A stretch of 64,000 nt of DNA from Bradyrhizobium sp. (GCA_035293585.1 DATGMN010000050.1:23274-87273), one strand, 5' to 3'. Positions 1 to 10,591 are shown, counted from the stretch's first letter. A program made the numbers and translations. Notes: a model not told the origin generated them from the letters alone.

Positions 1-1
1 G

Positions 2-1360
2 GAGGTGGAGAGCTGCGTGTCCCAGCACGGCCGCCCCGACGACGGCACCGACGCCGCCGGCTTCTTCAATGCCGAATTCTTCGCCCCGCTCAGGCCCGCC
101 AAGGATTGGCCGGCCGGGGAGGACAAGGATTCCCTGACGGCCAAGCTGCTCGATCGGCTGCAGGCGAAATTTCCCGGGGTCGAGTTCAACTTCTCGCAAT
201 ACCTGCAGGACAACGTGTCCGAAGCGGTCTCCGGCGTGAAAGGCGAGAACTCGATCAAGCTGTTCGGCAACGACCTGCAGGCGCTGACCACGACCGCCGA
301 CAAGATCAAGTCGGTGCTGGCGACGGTGCAGGGCGTCACCGACCTCGCGGTCTTCACCTCGCTCGGCCAGCCCACCGTCCAGATCGATATCGACCGCGCG
401 CGGGCTGCGCGCTACGGGCTTGCGCCCGGCGACATCAACACCACGATTCGCACCGCGATCGGCGGCGATAGTGCGGGCGACCTCTACGAGCCGGGCAGCG
501 ACCGGCATTTTCCGATCATCGTCCGCCTCGCACCGGAATACCGCAAGAGCGCGGAAGCGATCCAGAACTTGCGGATCGGGGCGCAGGGACCGAACGGCAT
601 CACCCAGATTCCCCTGAGCGAGGTCGCCACCATCAAGCTGGTCTCGGGCGCGGCCTATATCTATCGGGAACAGCAGGAGCGCTACCTGCCGATCAAATTC
701 TCGGTGCGCGAGCGCGACCTCGGCAGCGCTATCCAGGAGGCGCAGCAGAAGATTGCGGAGCAGGTGAAGCTGCCGCCCGGCTCGCGACTGGAATGGGTCG
801 GCGAGTTCGGCAATCTGCAGGACGCGATCCGGCGCCTGTCGATCGTGGTTCCGATCAGCCTGGCGCTGATAGCGATGCTGATCTGGTTCAATTTCGGATC
901 CGTGATCGACACCGCGCTCACCATGAGCGTCATCCCGATGGCCGTATTCGGCGGTATTGTCGGGCTGGTGGTGACCGGGATCCCGTTCAGCGTCTCAGCC
1001 GCGATCGGTTTCATTGCATTGTTCGGCATTTCGGTCATGGACGGCATCATCATCCTGTCGCAATACAACCAGCTGATCGACCAGGGCATGGAGCGCGGAA
1101 GCGCCATTCTGCGCACCGGCGAGCTCCAGCTGCGGCCGGTGCTGATGACCTGCGTGGTGGCGGGCGTGGGCCTTTTGCCCGCGGCGTTGTCCACCGGCAT
1201 CGGCTCGCAGGTGCAGAAACCGCTGGCGATTGTGGTGGTTGCGGGCATGATGGTGGCGCCCGCCGTCATTCTCATCACGCTGCCCGCGCTGATCTCCACG
1301 TTCTCGCGGCGACGGCGGGCGGGGCTCAGTCCAGAAGATACGGTTGCGCCGGCGGAATGA
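2..1360 (+). CDS. CusA/CzcA-family heavy-metal RND efflux permease, C-terminal part (5' end outside window)
   Basis: GRPDDGTD, GEFGNL, SAAIGFIALFGISVMDG, LRPVLMT and GSQVQKPLAIVVVAG are typical of HME-RND pumps; the frame is open to the window edge. Confidence 0.9.
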   Translation, partial: EVESCVSQHGRPDDGTDAAGFFNAEFFAPLRPAKDWPAGEDKDSLTAKLLDRLQAKFPGVEFNFSQYLQDNVSEAVSGVKGENSIKLFGNDLQALTTTADKIKSVLATVQGVTDLAVFTSLGQPTVQIDIDRARAARYGLAPGDINTTIRTAIGGDSAGDLYEPGSDRHFPIIVRLAPEYRKSAEAIQNLRIGAQGPNGITQIPLSEVATIKLVSGAAYIYREQQERYLPIKFSVRERDLGSAIQEAQQKIAEQVKLPPGSRLEWVGEFGNLQDAIRRLSIVVPISLALIAMLIWFNFGSVIDTALTMSVIPMAVFGGIVGLVVTGIPFSVSAAIGFIALFGISVMDGIIILSQYNQLIDQGMERGSAILRTGELQLRPVLMTCVVAGVGLLPAALSTGIGSQVQKPLAIVVVAGMMVAPAVILITLPALISTFSRRRRAGLSPEDTVAPAE

Positions 1361-1388
1361 TGGACCCGGTCATGGTCGAGGGTAGGTC

Positions 1389-2828
1389 GTGAGTAGAGCC
1401 GCTGACAGATGTTCAGGTCGGGTCCCCGCTGCCGGGCCGGCACCGGCATGCGCGCGGCTCGGTCGTGCGCTTGGCCTTGTCGCGTTCGTCATGCTTGCGG
1501 CCACCAGATGCGCGGTCGCCGAGACGCTCGTGGAGGCGCTGAGCAAGGCCTACCAGAACAACCCGCAGCTGAACGCCGAGCGTGCACGGCAGCGTGGAAC
1601 CGATGAGAACGTGCCGCAGGCGCTGGCCGGCTATCGGCCGCAGATCGTGGCGAGTCTCGGCGCCGGACTGCAGGCCGTGCGCAATCTTCTGCCCGATAAT
1701 ACCATCCAGAGCGCCACCTTGAGGCCGTGGACGATCGGCGTCACGGTCTCGCAGGTGCTCTTCAACGGCAACAAGACCGCCAACAGCGTGCGTGCCGCGG
1801 AATTCCAGGTGCTCTCGGGCCGCGAAGCCCTGCGCAATATCGGGCAGGGGGTGCTGCTGGACGCCGTGACGGCATACATGAACGTCATGGCCAATTATGC
1901 ACTCTACGAGGCACAGCGGACCAACGTCCAGGTGCTGCGCGAGATCCAGGCGACGACCCAGCGCCGCCTCAATGCCGGCGACGTCACCCCGACCGACACG
2001 GCACAGGCCGAAGCGCGACTGAGTCGCGGATTGGCCGACCTCAACGCCGCGGAAGTGCAGCTTGCCATCAGCAAGGAAATCTATGTCCAGGTGATCGGCC
2101 AGGCGCCGTCGCAGCTCGCGCCCGGAAGTCCGGTCGATCGGCTGATCCCGCCTACGGAACCGGCAGCGATCGAGATCGCCAACCACGAGCATCCGGCCGT
2201 GCTCGGGGCGGGTTACGACGTGGACGTCGCGACAACCTCGATCAAGCTCGCCGAAAGCAGCCTGTTGCCGACCGTCTCGGTGCAGGCCAGCGCCAGCCAC
2301 GCCGTCGAGAACGATCCGAGCCTGACGACCACGAGAACCGACCAGGCATCGGTCATCGGTCAGGTCAACGTGCCGATCTACGACGGCGGCACGGCCGCCT
2401 CGCAGACGCGTCAGGCCAAGGAAGTGGCGTCGCAGAGCCGGCTGGTGCTCGAGCAGGTCAGGAACCAGACGCGAACGGCCGTGGCCAGCGCCTGGGTCGC
2501 GAATGAGGGAACCAAGGTTGCCTTGAAGGCGGCGGAGTCGGAGGTGAAAGCTGCGGAAGTGGCGTTGCAGGGCGTCCGTCGCGAAGCGGATGGCGGGCAA
2601 CGCACGACCATCGACGTTCTCAACGCGGAGCAGGATCTGACCAACGCCAGGACCCGTCAGATCATGTCGCAGCGCGATCGCGTCATCGCATCCTTTACCT
2701 TGCTGAGTGCGGTCGGGCGGCTCGACGTCAAGACCCTCAACCTGAACACGCCGGACTATTTGCCCGACGTCCACTACCACCAGGTTCGCGACGCATGGCA
2801 CGGTTTGCGCACGCCGTCGGGTCAGTGA
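1389..2828 (+). CDS. TolC-family outer membrane channel
   Basis: Signal peptide; ETLVEALSKAYQNNPQL, VNVPIYDGG and GQRTTIDVLNAEQ motifs; directly after the RND gene. Confidence 0.9.
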   Translation: MSRAADRCSGRVPAAGPAPACARLGRALGLVAFVMLAATRCAVAETLVEALSKAYQNNPQLNAERARQRGTDENVPQALAGYRPQIVASLGAGLQAVRNLLPDNTIQSATLRPWTIGVTVSQVLFNGNKTANSVRAAEFQVLSGREALRNIGQGVLLDAVTAYMNVMANYALYEAQRTNVQVLREIQATTQRRLNAGDVTPTDTAQAEARLSRGLADLNAAEVQLAISKEIYVQVIGQAPSQLAPGSPVDRLIPPTEPAAIEIANHEHPAVLGAGYDVDVATTSIKLAESSLLPTVSVQASASHAVENDPSLTTTRTDQASVIGQVNVPIYDGGTAASQTRQAKEVASQSRLVLEQVRNQTRTAVASAWVANEGTKVALKAAESEVKAAEVALQGVRREADGGQRTTIDVLNAEQDLTNARTRQIMSQRDRVIASFTLLSAVGRLDVKTLNLNTPDYLPDVHYHQVRDAWHGLRTPSGQ

Positions 2829-2836
2829 GGAACGGC

Positions 2837-3586
2837 ATGTCGAAGCACATCATCGTTTCGAACGAGGGCTTCACCCGCACCATCGCGATGCGGCGGCCCG
2901 AGAAGCGCAATGCGCTCACGCGCGAGATGTTTGTCGCGATGAGCGAAGCGATCGATGCGGCGCAGTCCGATCCGGCGATCCGCTGTCTGATCCTGGCGGG
3001 CAGGTCGGGGGTGTTCAGCGCCGGCGACGATCTCGGCGAAATTCTCGAGGATGCCAGCGGCGCGCCTGACCCGGGCCGGTCGAGACTTGGCTTTCTGCGA
3101 TCGCTGATCAACAACAAGAAGCCCCTTGTTGCTGCCGTCGACGGCGCGGCGATCGGCACCGGTGCGACCATGGTCCTGCACTGCGACTATGTGATTGCAA
3201 GCACGACCGCTTCCCTTTCCTATCCCTTGATCAGGTACGGCCTCGTGCCGGCAGGGGCAAGCAGCTGCCTGCTGCCGCGAATGGCCGGCCGCCAGCGCGC
3301 CTTCTCGATGCTGGTGATGGGACGCGTCATGAGCGCCGAACAGGCGCGCGAGGCTGGCCTGGTCAATGTCGTCGTGCCGCCCGGACATGCCATCAGCGAG
3401 GCGCACAGGCTGGCGCGAGAGGTCGGCGAACTGCCGCCCGATGCCGTCGCCCTGTCGCGCGGGCTCCTCAAGGGGTCGAGCGCCGAGCTCCTGCAGCGCA
3501 TGGACGAAGAAGAGCAGCTGTTTGCGGAGCGCCTGCGGCTGCCGTCCGTCATCGCAGCCTTGAGCAAATTCCTGGCAAAGAACTGA
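2837..3586 (+). CDS. Enoyl-CoA hydratase/isomerase (crotonase) family protein
   Basis: RPEKRNAL, FSAGDD, KPLVAAVDGAAIGTG; ATG at 2837 after GAGG. Confidence 0.88.
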   Translation: MSKHIIVSNEGFTRTIAMRRPEKRNALTREMFVAMSEAIDAAQSDPAIRCLILAGRSGVFSAGDDLGEILEDASGAPDPGRSRLGFLRSLINNKKPLVAAVDGAAIGTGATMVLHCDYVIASTTASLSYPLIRYGLVPAGASSCLLPRMAGRQRAFSMLVMGRVMSAEQAREAGLVNVVVPPGHAISEAHRLAREVGELPPDAVALSRGLLKGSSAELLQRMDEEEQLFAERLRLPSVIAALSKFLAKN

Positions 3587-3619
3587 AAACAAGCGCCGGG
3601 GAGACCCCGCGCGCGTCGC

Positions 3620-3979
3620 CTACCAGATCACCACGGCGCACAGCACCGACAGCGGCAGCAGGACAAGGCCGAGATAGAGCCATGTGCGGTAACCGCCGGG
3701 GTCCTTGGGCAGGATGAAGAGGTGGACGGCGAGCCACACGCACACCGCGAAACCGAGTGCGACCCGGATCAGATCGCCGGGCGTATCCAGCAGGGTCCAC
3801 AGCCGCTCGATCTGTGGGCTGGCGACGCGGGCCGTTATGATGATCAACATGGCAATGAAGACCGTACGAACGGCCAAACCGCCCAGCCAGACGATCGTCG
3901 ATTCGTTGGACCCGTCGGCCCTTTTTCCCGCCGATTTCACCGGCAAACCACTCAGGCTGCTGCGCGCCCATCCGCGCAT
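3620..3979 (-). CDS. Small membrane protein of unknown function (about 3 TM segments)
   Basis: Three hydrophobic stretches in ORF 3620..4039; start uncertain. Confidence 0.65.
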   Translation of the reverse strand: MRGWARSSLSGLPVKSAGKRADGSNESTIVWLGGLAVRTVFIAMLIIITARVASPQIERLWTLLDTPGDLIRVALGFAVCVWLAVHLFILPKDPGGYRTWLYLGLVLLPLSVLCAVVIW

Positions 3980-4230
3980 AAATAAAAAATAGCCTTCGCC
4001 TTCGGAATCGGCAAGCGTTCGCCGGCCGTGCATCGCCAATAGGAACCGATCGGAGCAGATTTGCTCGCATGTCGGGCAAAATGTCGAAATATTGTACAGG
4101 AAAAGATGAAGTTCGCGGCGAATTGAAATTCGTCGGAGGTGCTTGCGCTCAAGACCCAGGGCGGCTGTCGAGTCGCAAGCGTCGTTCCGTCCCGTCGTTT
4201 GAGCCGCGCTGCCCGAGCAGGACGTCCCGT

Positions 4231-4836
4231 CTAGAATCGCCCGCGTCCGTTGCCGATGAAACCGAGCGAAGGCGGTGCTGCGGTGGTGCCGGCCCCCAGC
4301 GAGCGCTGCACCATCACGGTGTCCGACCAGCGGCCATAGCGGTAGGCTACGCCCGGCAACAGGCCGACCCTGGCAAAGCCGAGCTTCTCGTGGATCGCAA
4401 GCGAAGCGACGTTGTCGGCATCGATATAGCCGATCATCTGCCGGAAACCCTGCGCGGCGCAGGCGTCGATCAACTCCTGCATCAGGATTCGTCCGACGCC
4501 GCGACCGACATGGTCGTGATGGATGTAGATCGAGTGCTTGACCGTGTAGCGATAGGCCGGGCGCTTGCGGAACAGGACAACATAGGCATAGCCGATCACC
4601 TCGCCGCCGGAGGTGGCGACGAGATGCGGCAGGCGGTGGTTGCGCAGATTCTTGCGGCGATCGCGCAGATCGTCCGGTTCCGGCGTGCCGCTGTCGTCGA
4701 CCGTGTCCTCCACGCCGCGCCTGATATGGCGGCGGTAGATCGACAGCATCGCCTCGACATCGCTGTCCCTGGAGGGACGGACCATCACCGGCGGCGCCGA
4801 GCCATTCGCCGCCTGCTTCTCAGCCAATTCGTTCAT
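4231..4836 (-). CDS. GNAT N-acetyltransferase (phosphinothricin acetyltransferase/YncA-like)
   Basis: RPAYRYTVKHSIY, GRGVGR, NVASLAIHEKLGF and GRWSDTVMVQ; ATGA overlap with the decarboxylase stop. Confidence 0.88.
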   Translation of the reverse strand: MNELAEKQAANGSAPPVMVRPSRDSDVEAMLSIYRRHIRRGVEDTVDDSGTPEPDDLRDRRKNLRNHRLPHLVATSGGEVIGYAYVVLFRKRPAYRYTVKHSIYIHHDHVGRGVGRILMQELIDACAAQGFRQMIGYIDADNVASLAIHEKLGFARVGLLPGVAYRYGRWSDTVMVQRSLGAGTTAAPPSLGFIGNGRGRF

Positions 4837-7190
4837 TCCGAGACCACGTAAGTGTAGAGCCGGACGCGACCGGACGCGTCGACCTCCTTATAGACTCCCT
4901 GGATCTCGACGTCGAAGCCCGGGAAGGTGTTGAAGCAGCGCTCGAACATCTTCAGGTAATCGATCATGGGCTGCGCCCGTTCGTCGAGCCGCTCGCCGGG
5001 CACGATGGTGGCGATGCCGGGCGGATAGACCACGAACGGCGTGGTGGCAATGCGGCCGGCGATTTCGTCGATCGGCAGATAGTCGACGTCATTGCGCATC
5101 AGGAGACGCGCCGCGTCGTGCGGCGACATCACGATCTCCGGCAGGTGCTCGGGCATGAACTGCCTGGCCTGCAGCCCGCTGACGTCGGCCTCGCGGAAGA
5201 AGCGATGCATGTCGGCGCAGAGATCGCGCAGGCGAGTGCCGGCGTAGCGCGCCGGGCGCCGCCGGAAGAACTCGGGAATGGCCTCTTCCAGCAGTGCATT
5301 CTCGTCGTGCAGTTTCTTGAAGGCGACGAGCCCGGAGATCAGCGTGCCGGCCTTGCTGGCCTCGACGCCGGGCGTCAGCAGGAACAGCAGCGAGTTGAGG
5401 TCGTTCTTCTCCGGCACGATGCGGTTCTCGCGCAAATATTGCGCGACCACCGGCGCCGGGATGCCGTGCTCGGCATAGGCGCCGGTTGCGGGGTCAAAGC
5501 CCGGCGTGAGCAGAGTGAGCTTGTTGGGATCGGTCATGGCAAAGCCCGCCGTCATGCCGGGGAAGCCGTGCCAGCCCGAATCCGGCGAGAGCTGCCAATA
5601 GGACGGGTCGGTGGCGAGCAGATCGGTGGCGACCATTTCCCAGGCGACATTGTGCACGCCGCCCTCGCGGGAGACGTCGCGAATCGCCACCCGGTCGGGC
5701 ACGAAGGGCTCGAAGAACCAGCGCCGCTCGGGGCGGATTTCCTTTTCCTCGAACTCGCGCCGCACCGCACGGATCTTCTTGCGCAGCTCGATGCCGAGCC
5801 GGATCGTGTCGTCCCACAGCACTTCGCCGGAGCGGCCCTTCATCATCTGTGCGCCGACGTCGAGGGACGCAAACAGCGGATAGAAGGGCGAGGTCGAGGC
5901 GTGCTGCATGAAGCTTTCGTTGAAACGCCGGTGCTCGATGCGGCGCTTCTGCCCCTTGATGTGACGGTCCTTGATGTGGATTTGCGAGGCCTGCGAGAAG
6001 CTCGCGAGCTGCTTGTGGGTCGATTGCGTCGCGATGATGCCGGGCGCCTCGGCCGACAATCCGTTCAGTCCCATGGCGAAGCGGCCGGCATAGAGCGGAT
6101 GGAACTTCATGAAGCCGGCCCAGGCCTCGTCGAACAGGATGTAATCGCAGAGATGTCCGATGCGCTTGAGGATCATGTCGGCGCTGTGGATGGTGCCGTC
6201 ATAGGTACATTGCTCGAGCACGGCGACGCGGAACGGGCGCGGCTTGCGCCAGGCCTCCTTGTCCTTGACCAGCGGATGGGTGCGGATGCGCTCGCGCAGC
6301 GCGGTTTCATCCATCGTATCCCAGCGCATCGGGCCGATCAGCCCCCAGGCGTTGCGCACGGTCGGAAGGTAGACGGGAATGCCGCCGCTGATCATCAGGG
6401 CGCCATGGTGCGCGGCCTTGTGATTGTTGCGGTCGAACAGCACGAGGTCGCCGTCGGTCACCAGCGCGCCGAGCGCCACCTTGTTGGAGGTCGAGGTGCC
6501 GTTGAGCACGAAATAGGTCTTCTCGGCGCCGAAGATCTGCGCCGCCTCCTTCTGCGCCTTCAGCGCCGGGCCCTCATGGGTGAGGAGGTCGCCGAGTTCC
6601 AGCACCGAATTGTCGAGGTCGTCGCGGAACACCGCCTCGCCGAGATGCTCGACGAACACCCGGCCGATCGGGCTCCTGCTGTAGAACACGCCGCCATTAT
6701 GGCCCGGGCAGGTCCAGAGCTGGTTGCCGACCTCGGCGTAATCGACCAGCGCGCCGAAAAACGGCGTCTTGAGGTTCTCGGCATATTGCTTGAGCCGGCT
6801 GATCAAATTCTTGGCGATGAAGGGCGGGGTTTCCTCCGACAGGAACACGTAGCCATCGATGAAATCGAGCACCTCGACCGGCACGTCCTCGAACCGCTTG
6901 CGGCGGATCAACAGGATGATCGGGAAATCGAGGCCGCGCCGGCGCATCAGGTTAATCAGCGACGCGGTCTTGCCCTCCAGGCCCTTCTTGCCCCAGTCGA
7001 CCACCATGCAGCCGATCGCCGCGTCCGTCTGCACCGCGATCTCGGCATCCTCCAGCTTCCGCGCCCGCACCACCTCGAAGCCGGAGCGTTCGATTTCGCT
7101 GACGATCTGGTTGAAGCGGATACCCTCGAGATCGTCGGCCTCGAACACCGGGGCGGCGAACAGGAAGTTGAAGCGTTTGAAATAGTCCAT
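4833..7190 (-). CDS. Orn/Lys/Arg decarboxylase (fold-type I PLP, with N-terminal wing domain), probably ornithine decarboxylase
   Basis: CPGHNGG, YFVLNGTSTSNK, DRNNHK, FDEAW, TQSTHK (PLP lysine), STSPFYPL, YPPG. Confidence 0.92.
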   Translation of the reverse strand: MDYFKRFNFLFAAPVFEADDLEGIRFNQIVSEIERSGFEVVRARKLEDAEIAVQTDAAIGCMVVDWGKKGLEGKTASLINLMRRRGLDFPIILLIRRKRFEDVPVEVLDFIDGYVFLSEETPPFIAKNLISRLKQYAENLKTPFFGALVDYAEVGNQLWTCPGHNGGVFYSRSPIGRVFVEHLGEAVFRDDLDNSVLELGDLLTHEGPALKAQKEAAQIFGAEKTYFVLNGTSTSNKVALGALVTDGDLVLFDRNNHKAAHHGALMISGGIPVYLPTVRNAWGLIGPMRWDTMDETALRERIRTHPLVKDKEAWRKPRPFRVAVLEQCTYDGTIHSADMILKRIGHLCDYILFDEAWAGFMKFHPLYAGRFAMGLNGLSAEAPGIIATQSTHKQLASFSQASQIHIKDRHIKGQKRRIEHRRFNESFMQHASTSPFYPLFASLDVGAQMMKGRSGEVLWDDTIRLGIELRKKIRAVRREFEEKEIRPERRWFFEPFVPDRVAIRDVSREGGVHNVAWEMVATDLLATDPSYWQLSPDSGWHGFPGMTAGFAMTDPNKLTLLTPGFDPATGAYAEHGIPAPVVAQYLRENRIVPEKNDLNSLLFLLTPGVEASKAGTLISGLVAFKKLHDENALLEEAIPEFFRRRPARYAGTRLRDLCADMHRFFREADVSGLQARQFMPEHLPEIVMSPHDAARLLMRNDVDYLPIDEIAGRIATTPFVVYPPGIATIVPGERLDERAQPMIDYLKMFERCFNTFPGFDVEIQGVYKEVDASGRVRLYTYVVSE

Positions 7191-7296
7191 GGCTGTCTCA
7201 TCGAAATGGCGGCGGCCAAGCAGTGGCGCACATTCGATGACAGTTCTATGACAATGAATTTCGTGGCTGAAAATTAACGGGAAAGGGTGGCCGCGA

Positions 7297-8583
7297 TCAG
7301 CCGGCCGCGATCGTCTGCAGCGCCTGGTCCAGCGTTTCGACCAGGAGATCGGCATGTTCGGTTGAAAATACCAGCGGAGGGCGGATTTTCAGCACGTTGG
7401 CCTCGCGCCCGGAGGCACTGATCAGGACGCCGTTGTCGCGCAGCAGATTGACGATGCGGCCGGCCTGTTTCGGTGCGGGGCTGCCCGCCAGGCCGCCGTC
7501 GCGCAGTTCCACGCCGATGAAGAGGCCGGCGCCGCGGATCTCGGCGATGAGTGGACAGCTCGCCTGCAATGCGCGAAGTCTTGTCATCAGATAAGCGCCG
7601 GTGCGGCCGGCATTCTCGACCAGGCCTTCGGCGGCGATGACGTCGAGCACCGCAAGCGCAGCCGCCGCCGAGACCGGGTTGCCGCCAAACGTGTTGAAAT
7701 AGCGCGAGCGCGCGCCGAACTCCGCCAGCAGGTCGGGCCGTGCCGCAACGGCCGCCACGGGGTGGCCATTGCCCATCGGCTTGCCCATGGTGACGAGGTC
7801 GGGGACGATGCCGTGGCGGGCAAAGCCCCACATCTGGCCGCAGCGGCCGAAGCCCGCCTGTACCTCGTCGGCAATGAACAGCGCACCGGCCGCATGGACG
7901 GCGTCCACCACGGGCTTCAGGAAGCCGGCGGGATCGGGCAGCACGCCGTCGCTGGAGAAAATGGTGTCGACGATCAGCCCGGCCGGGCGGATGCCGCTTT
8001 TTTTCATGTCGTCGAAGGCGGTCGCGACATGGCGCGCAAACACCGCACCGGTCGCATCGCCGGCGGGCCGCGGCGGCGGCACCAGGCGGACCGGGCTGTC
8101 CTGCGCAGGCGGCAGGCCCAGCGACGGCGAGAGATCGACCAGCGCGCTGGTGACGCCGTGATAGGCGGTCTCTGTCGCAATGAATCCGCTGCCCCCGGTC
8201 GTGGTCCGCGCGATCCGCAGGGCGAGGTCATTGGCCTCGCTGCCGGTGCAGGTGAACATGACGTTGCCGATCCCGGCCGGGAAGGTTGCAAGCAGGCGTT
8301 CGGCAAGATCGAGCACGGTCTCGTGCAGATAACGGGTGTGGGTGTTGAGGATCCCGGCCTGCCTTGCGATGGCCTCGACCACGCGCGGATGGCAGTGTCC
8401 CACGGACGCTACGTTGTTGTAGGCGTCGAGGTAGCGGCGGCCCGCGGAATCGTACAGAAAGACGCCTTCGCCGCGCACGAGATGCACCGGCTCATCATAG
8501 AACAGCCGGTAGGCCGGACCGAGCAGGCGCTTGCGCCGCGCGACCAGCCGTTCGGTCGCGGAGGTCTCGTCGTCGGCCGACAT
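7297..8583 (-). CDS. Class-III PLP enzyme, AGXT2L1/AGXT2L2 (phospho-lyase)-like
   Basis: YNNVASVGH, NTHTRYL, GSEANDLA, ADEVQAGFGR, MGKPMGNG, YFNTFGGNP, NVLKIRPPL; next to an APH-like kinase. Confidence 0.85.
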   Translation of the reverse strand: MSADDETSATERLVARRKRLLGPAYRLFYDEPVHLVRGEGVFLYDSAGRRYLDAYNNVASVGHCHPRVVEAIARQAGILNTHTRYLHETVLDLAERLLATFPAGIGNVMFTCTGSEANDLALRIARTTTGGSGFIATETAYHGVTSALVDLSPSLGLPPAQDSPVRLVPPPRPAGDATGAVFARHVATAFDDMKKSGIRPAGLIVDTIFSSDGVLPDPAGFLKPVVDAVHAAGALFIADEVQAGFGRCGQMWGFARHGIVPDLVTMGKPMGNGHPVAAVAARPDLLAEFGARSRYFNTFGGNPVSAAAALAVLDVIAAEGLVENAGRTGAYLMTRLRALQASCPLIAEIRGAGLFIGVELRDGGLAGSPAPKQAGRIVNLLRDNGVLISASGREANVLKIRPPLVFSTEHADLLVETLDQALQTIAAG

Positions 8584-8587
8584 CGCT

Positions 8588-9646
8588 TCACTCCAAATGG
8601 CAGGCGCGCCGGATTTGCCTCTGTGCCGCATGTCGGGAGAGGCCCGCGATCCGGCGCAGGCGCGCCGCCGCGCCCTTGTGGTTGCGCAGTATATACTCCC
8701 GGTTCTCGGGATGGCGAAGGGCGCGCCAGCTCGAGATCACGATGGTCATCACCATGCGCGTCGCCATCAGGTCGAACAGCACGTCGAGCTCGGCCGCATC
8801 CAGCGGGGCTGCTGCATGATAGGCGGCAATCAGCTCGCAGGCGGGAGCGAGCGGATCGTCGCTGTCGCCGACCTGGTAGGCGGCGGCGATCGCAAGGTCG
8901 TTGACGCGCGCGGTGAAGGCGAGGTCGCCGAAATCGATGATGCCGGCGACGCGGTCGTTCCTATCGGGGTCGACGACGATATTGTGCGGATTGAGGTCGT
9001 TGTGCACGAGCTGCCGGGGCAGTTGTTGCAGTGCCGGCTTGGCGTGCGTCTCAAAGCCGTCGAGGAAGCGGCCGACCAGGTCGGAGAGATCGGCAGGCAC
9101 GGCATCGCGCAGCGGCCGCAGCTCGGCGGCATGCTGCAGGTCCCAGAGCAGCCTCTGTTTCACGCCGCCATGGTTCAGGCCGCCCAGGCCGCGCGCGAGC
9201 CGGCCGGCGTTGCGGCCGATATCGGATCGCAAGGCCGCGGACACGGCAATCGCTGACATCGGCGTGCCCGTCAAATAGGACAACAGCCGCACCACGCGGG
9301 TCGAGCCGTCGGCAAAACCCAGCGCCAGCTCGTGGGCGCCGCTCAGCGCCGGGAACACCCGCGGGATCGGCAGGTCGGGTTCGGTCGCGGACAGATGCAG
9401 CAGGGCGTCGGTCTGCAGCCGCGTGACCGCGCGATCCTCCGCGGGGTTCGCGATCTTGAGCACAAAGCCGCGGCCGTTCGCCTGCAGCAGAAAATTCTGG
9501 TCGCGCTCGCTCGAGAGCCGGCGCGCGATCGGCCTCAGGCCGTAATGCTCGGCCGCGAGCTGTTCGGCCTGCTGTTCCGTGATCGACGAGGCCGCGCGAA
9601 GATCCTGGATCGGATGGGCGTCGTCGATGAGAGCTGAGGAGAGCAA
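8588..9646 (-). CDS. APH/choline-kinase-fold phosphotransferase, hydroxylysine kinase-like
   Basis: SERDQNF, VLKIAN, WDL, HNDLNPHN, GIIDFGD; TTG start. Confidence 0.85.
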   Translation of the reverse strand: MLSSALIDDAHPIQDLRAASSITEQQAEQLAAEHYGLRPIARRLSSERDQNFLLQANGRGFVLKIANPAEDRAVTRLQTDALLHLSATEPDLPIPRVFPALSGAHELALGFADGSTRVVRLLSYLTGTPMSAIAVSAALRSDIGRNAGRLARGLGGLNHGGVKQRLLWDLQHAAELRPLRDAVPADLSDLVGRFLDGFETHAKPALQQLPRQLVHNDLNPHNIVVDPDRNDRVAGIIDFGDLAFTARVNDLAIAAAYQVGDSDDPLAPACELIAAYHAAAPLDAAELDVLFDLMATRMVMTIVISSWRALRHPENREYILRNHKGAAARLRRIAGLSRHAAQRQIRRACHLE

Positions 9647-9655
9647 CGTTCGCCT

Positions 9656-10591
9656 CTAATAGCCGCGGGTGCGGTCGATGGCGTGCGGCGGCCTGACGCC
9701 GGCACGGATGGCGTCCGCGGTCGCAACCAGCGTGGTCGCGACCGCGCGCAGGCTGACATCGCTCGCATCGTGCGGCGTGACCGTGATGTTGGGGTGATCC
9801 CAGAATGGATGCGCCGATGGCAGTGGCTCGGTCGCGAACACGTCGAGCGCGGCGCCTGCGAGCTGGCCGCTATCGATCGCGGCAAGCAGGTCCGCTTCGA
9901 CCAGATGCTCGCCGCGGCCGACCTGGACGAGATAGCCGCCGCGCCGCATCTTCGTGAACACGCCGCGGTCGAGAATGCCGCGGGTCTCCGGCGTCAGCGG
10001 CAGCAGGTTCACCAGCACCTCGGTCCGTTCGAGCATCGCGGCCAGTCCCGCAGCGCCATGAAAGCCGCGTACGGGGCCGGTGCCCGGCTTTGCGGTGCGG
10101 CTCCAGCACATCACGGGAAAGCCGAGCTGGACCAGGTCGGCCGCGACCTTGCGGCCGATTTCGCCATTGCCGAGAATGCCGACCGGCACGCCGTCGGCGC
10201 TACGTTGCGGACGCCGCTGCCAGAGGTGCTCGCGCTGCTGCCTGCGATAGCCGGCAAAGTCGCGCTGGTGGCCGATCACATGCCAGGCGACAAAGCCCGA
10301 CATCATCTGGGCCTGGCCCGGATCGACCACGCGGATCACGTCGATATGCGGTTTCAGGCTCGGGCAGGTGATGATGTTGTCGACACCGGCGCCGATCGAG
10401 CACACCGCCCGCAGATTGGGATAGCGCGTGAAGGCGTCGTCGGGCGGATGCCAGGCGATGGCGAGATGCACGTCATCGCCGGCGCCATCAGCGGCATGCT
10501 CGACCACCTCGATCCGGTCCGCAATGCGGGAGATTTCGGGCCCGAGATAGTATTTCAGGTCGAGGCGGCTGGAGACGAGAACGCAGCGCAT
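9656..10591 (-). CDS. ghrA: Glyoxylate/hydroxypyruvate reductase A-like D-2-hydroxyacid dehydrogenase
   Basis: SIGAGVD, GILGNGEIG, NLLPLTPET, GRG, LDVFATEPL, TPH. Confidence 0.85.
   Translation of the reverse strand: MRCVLVSSRLDLKYYLGPEISRIADRIEVVEHAADGAGDDVHLAIAWHPPDDAFTRYPNLRAVCSIGAGVDNIITCPSLKPHIDVIRVVDPGQAQMMSGFVAWHVIGHQRDFAGYRRQQREHLWQRRPQRSADGVPVGILGNGEIGRKVAADLVQLGFPVMCWSRTAKPGTGPVRGFHGAAGLAAMLERTEVLVNLLPLTPETRGILDRGVFTKMRRGGYLVQVGRGEHLVEADLLAAIDSGQLAGAALDVFATEPLPSAHPFWDHPNITVTPHDASDVSLRAVATTLVATADAIRAGVRPPHAIDRTRGY

Noticed and set aside
5118-7277. Long antisense ORFs (also 9683-12013, 31724-34153, 37774-39393, 59143-60870)
   Set aside because: They mirror well-supported genes on the opposite strand, have no recognisable motifs, and are expected from high-GC codon bias.
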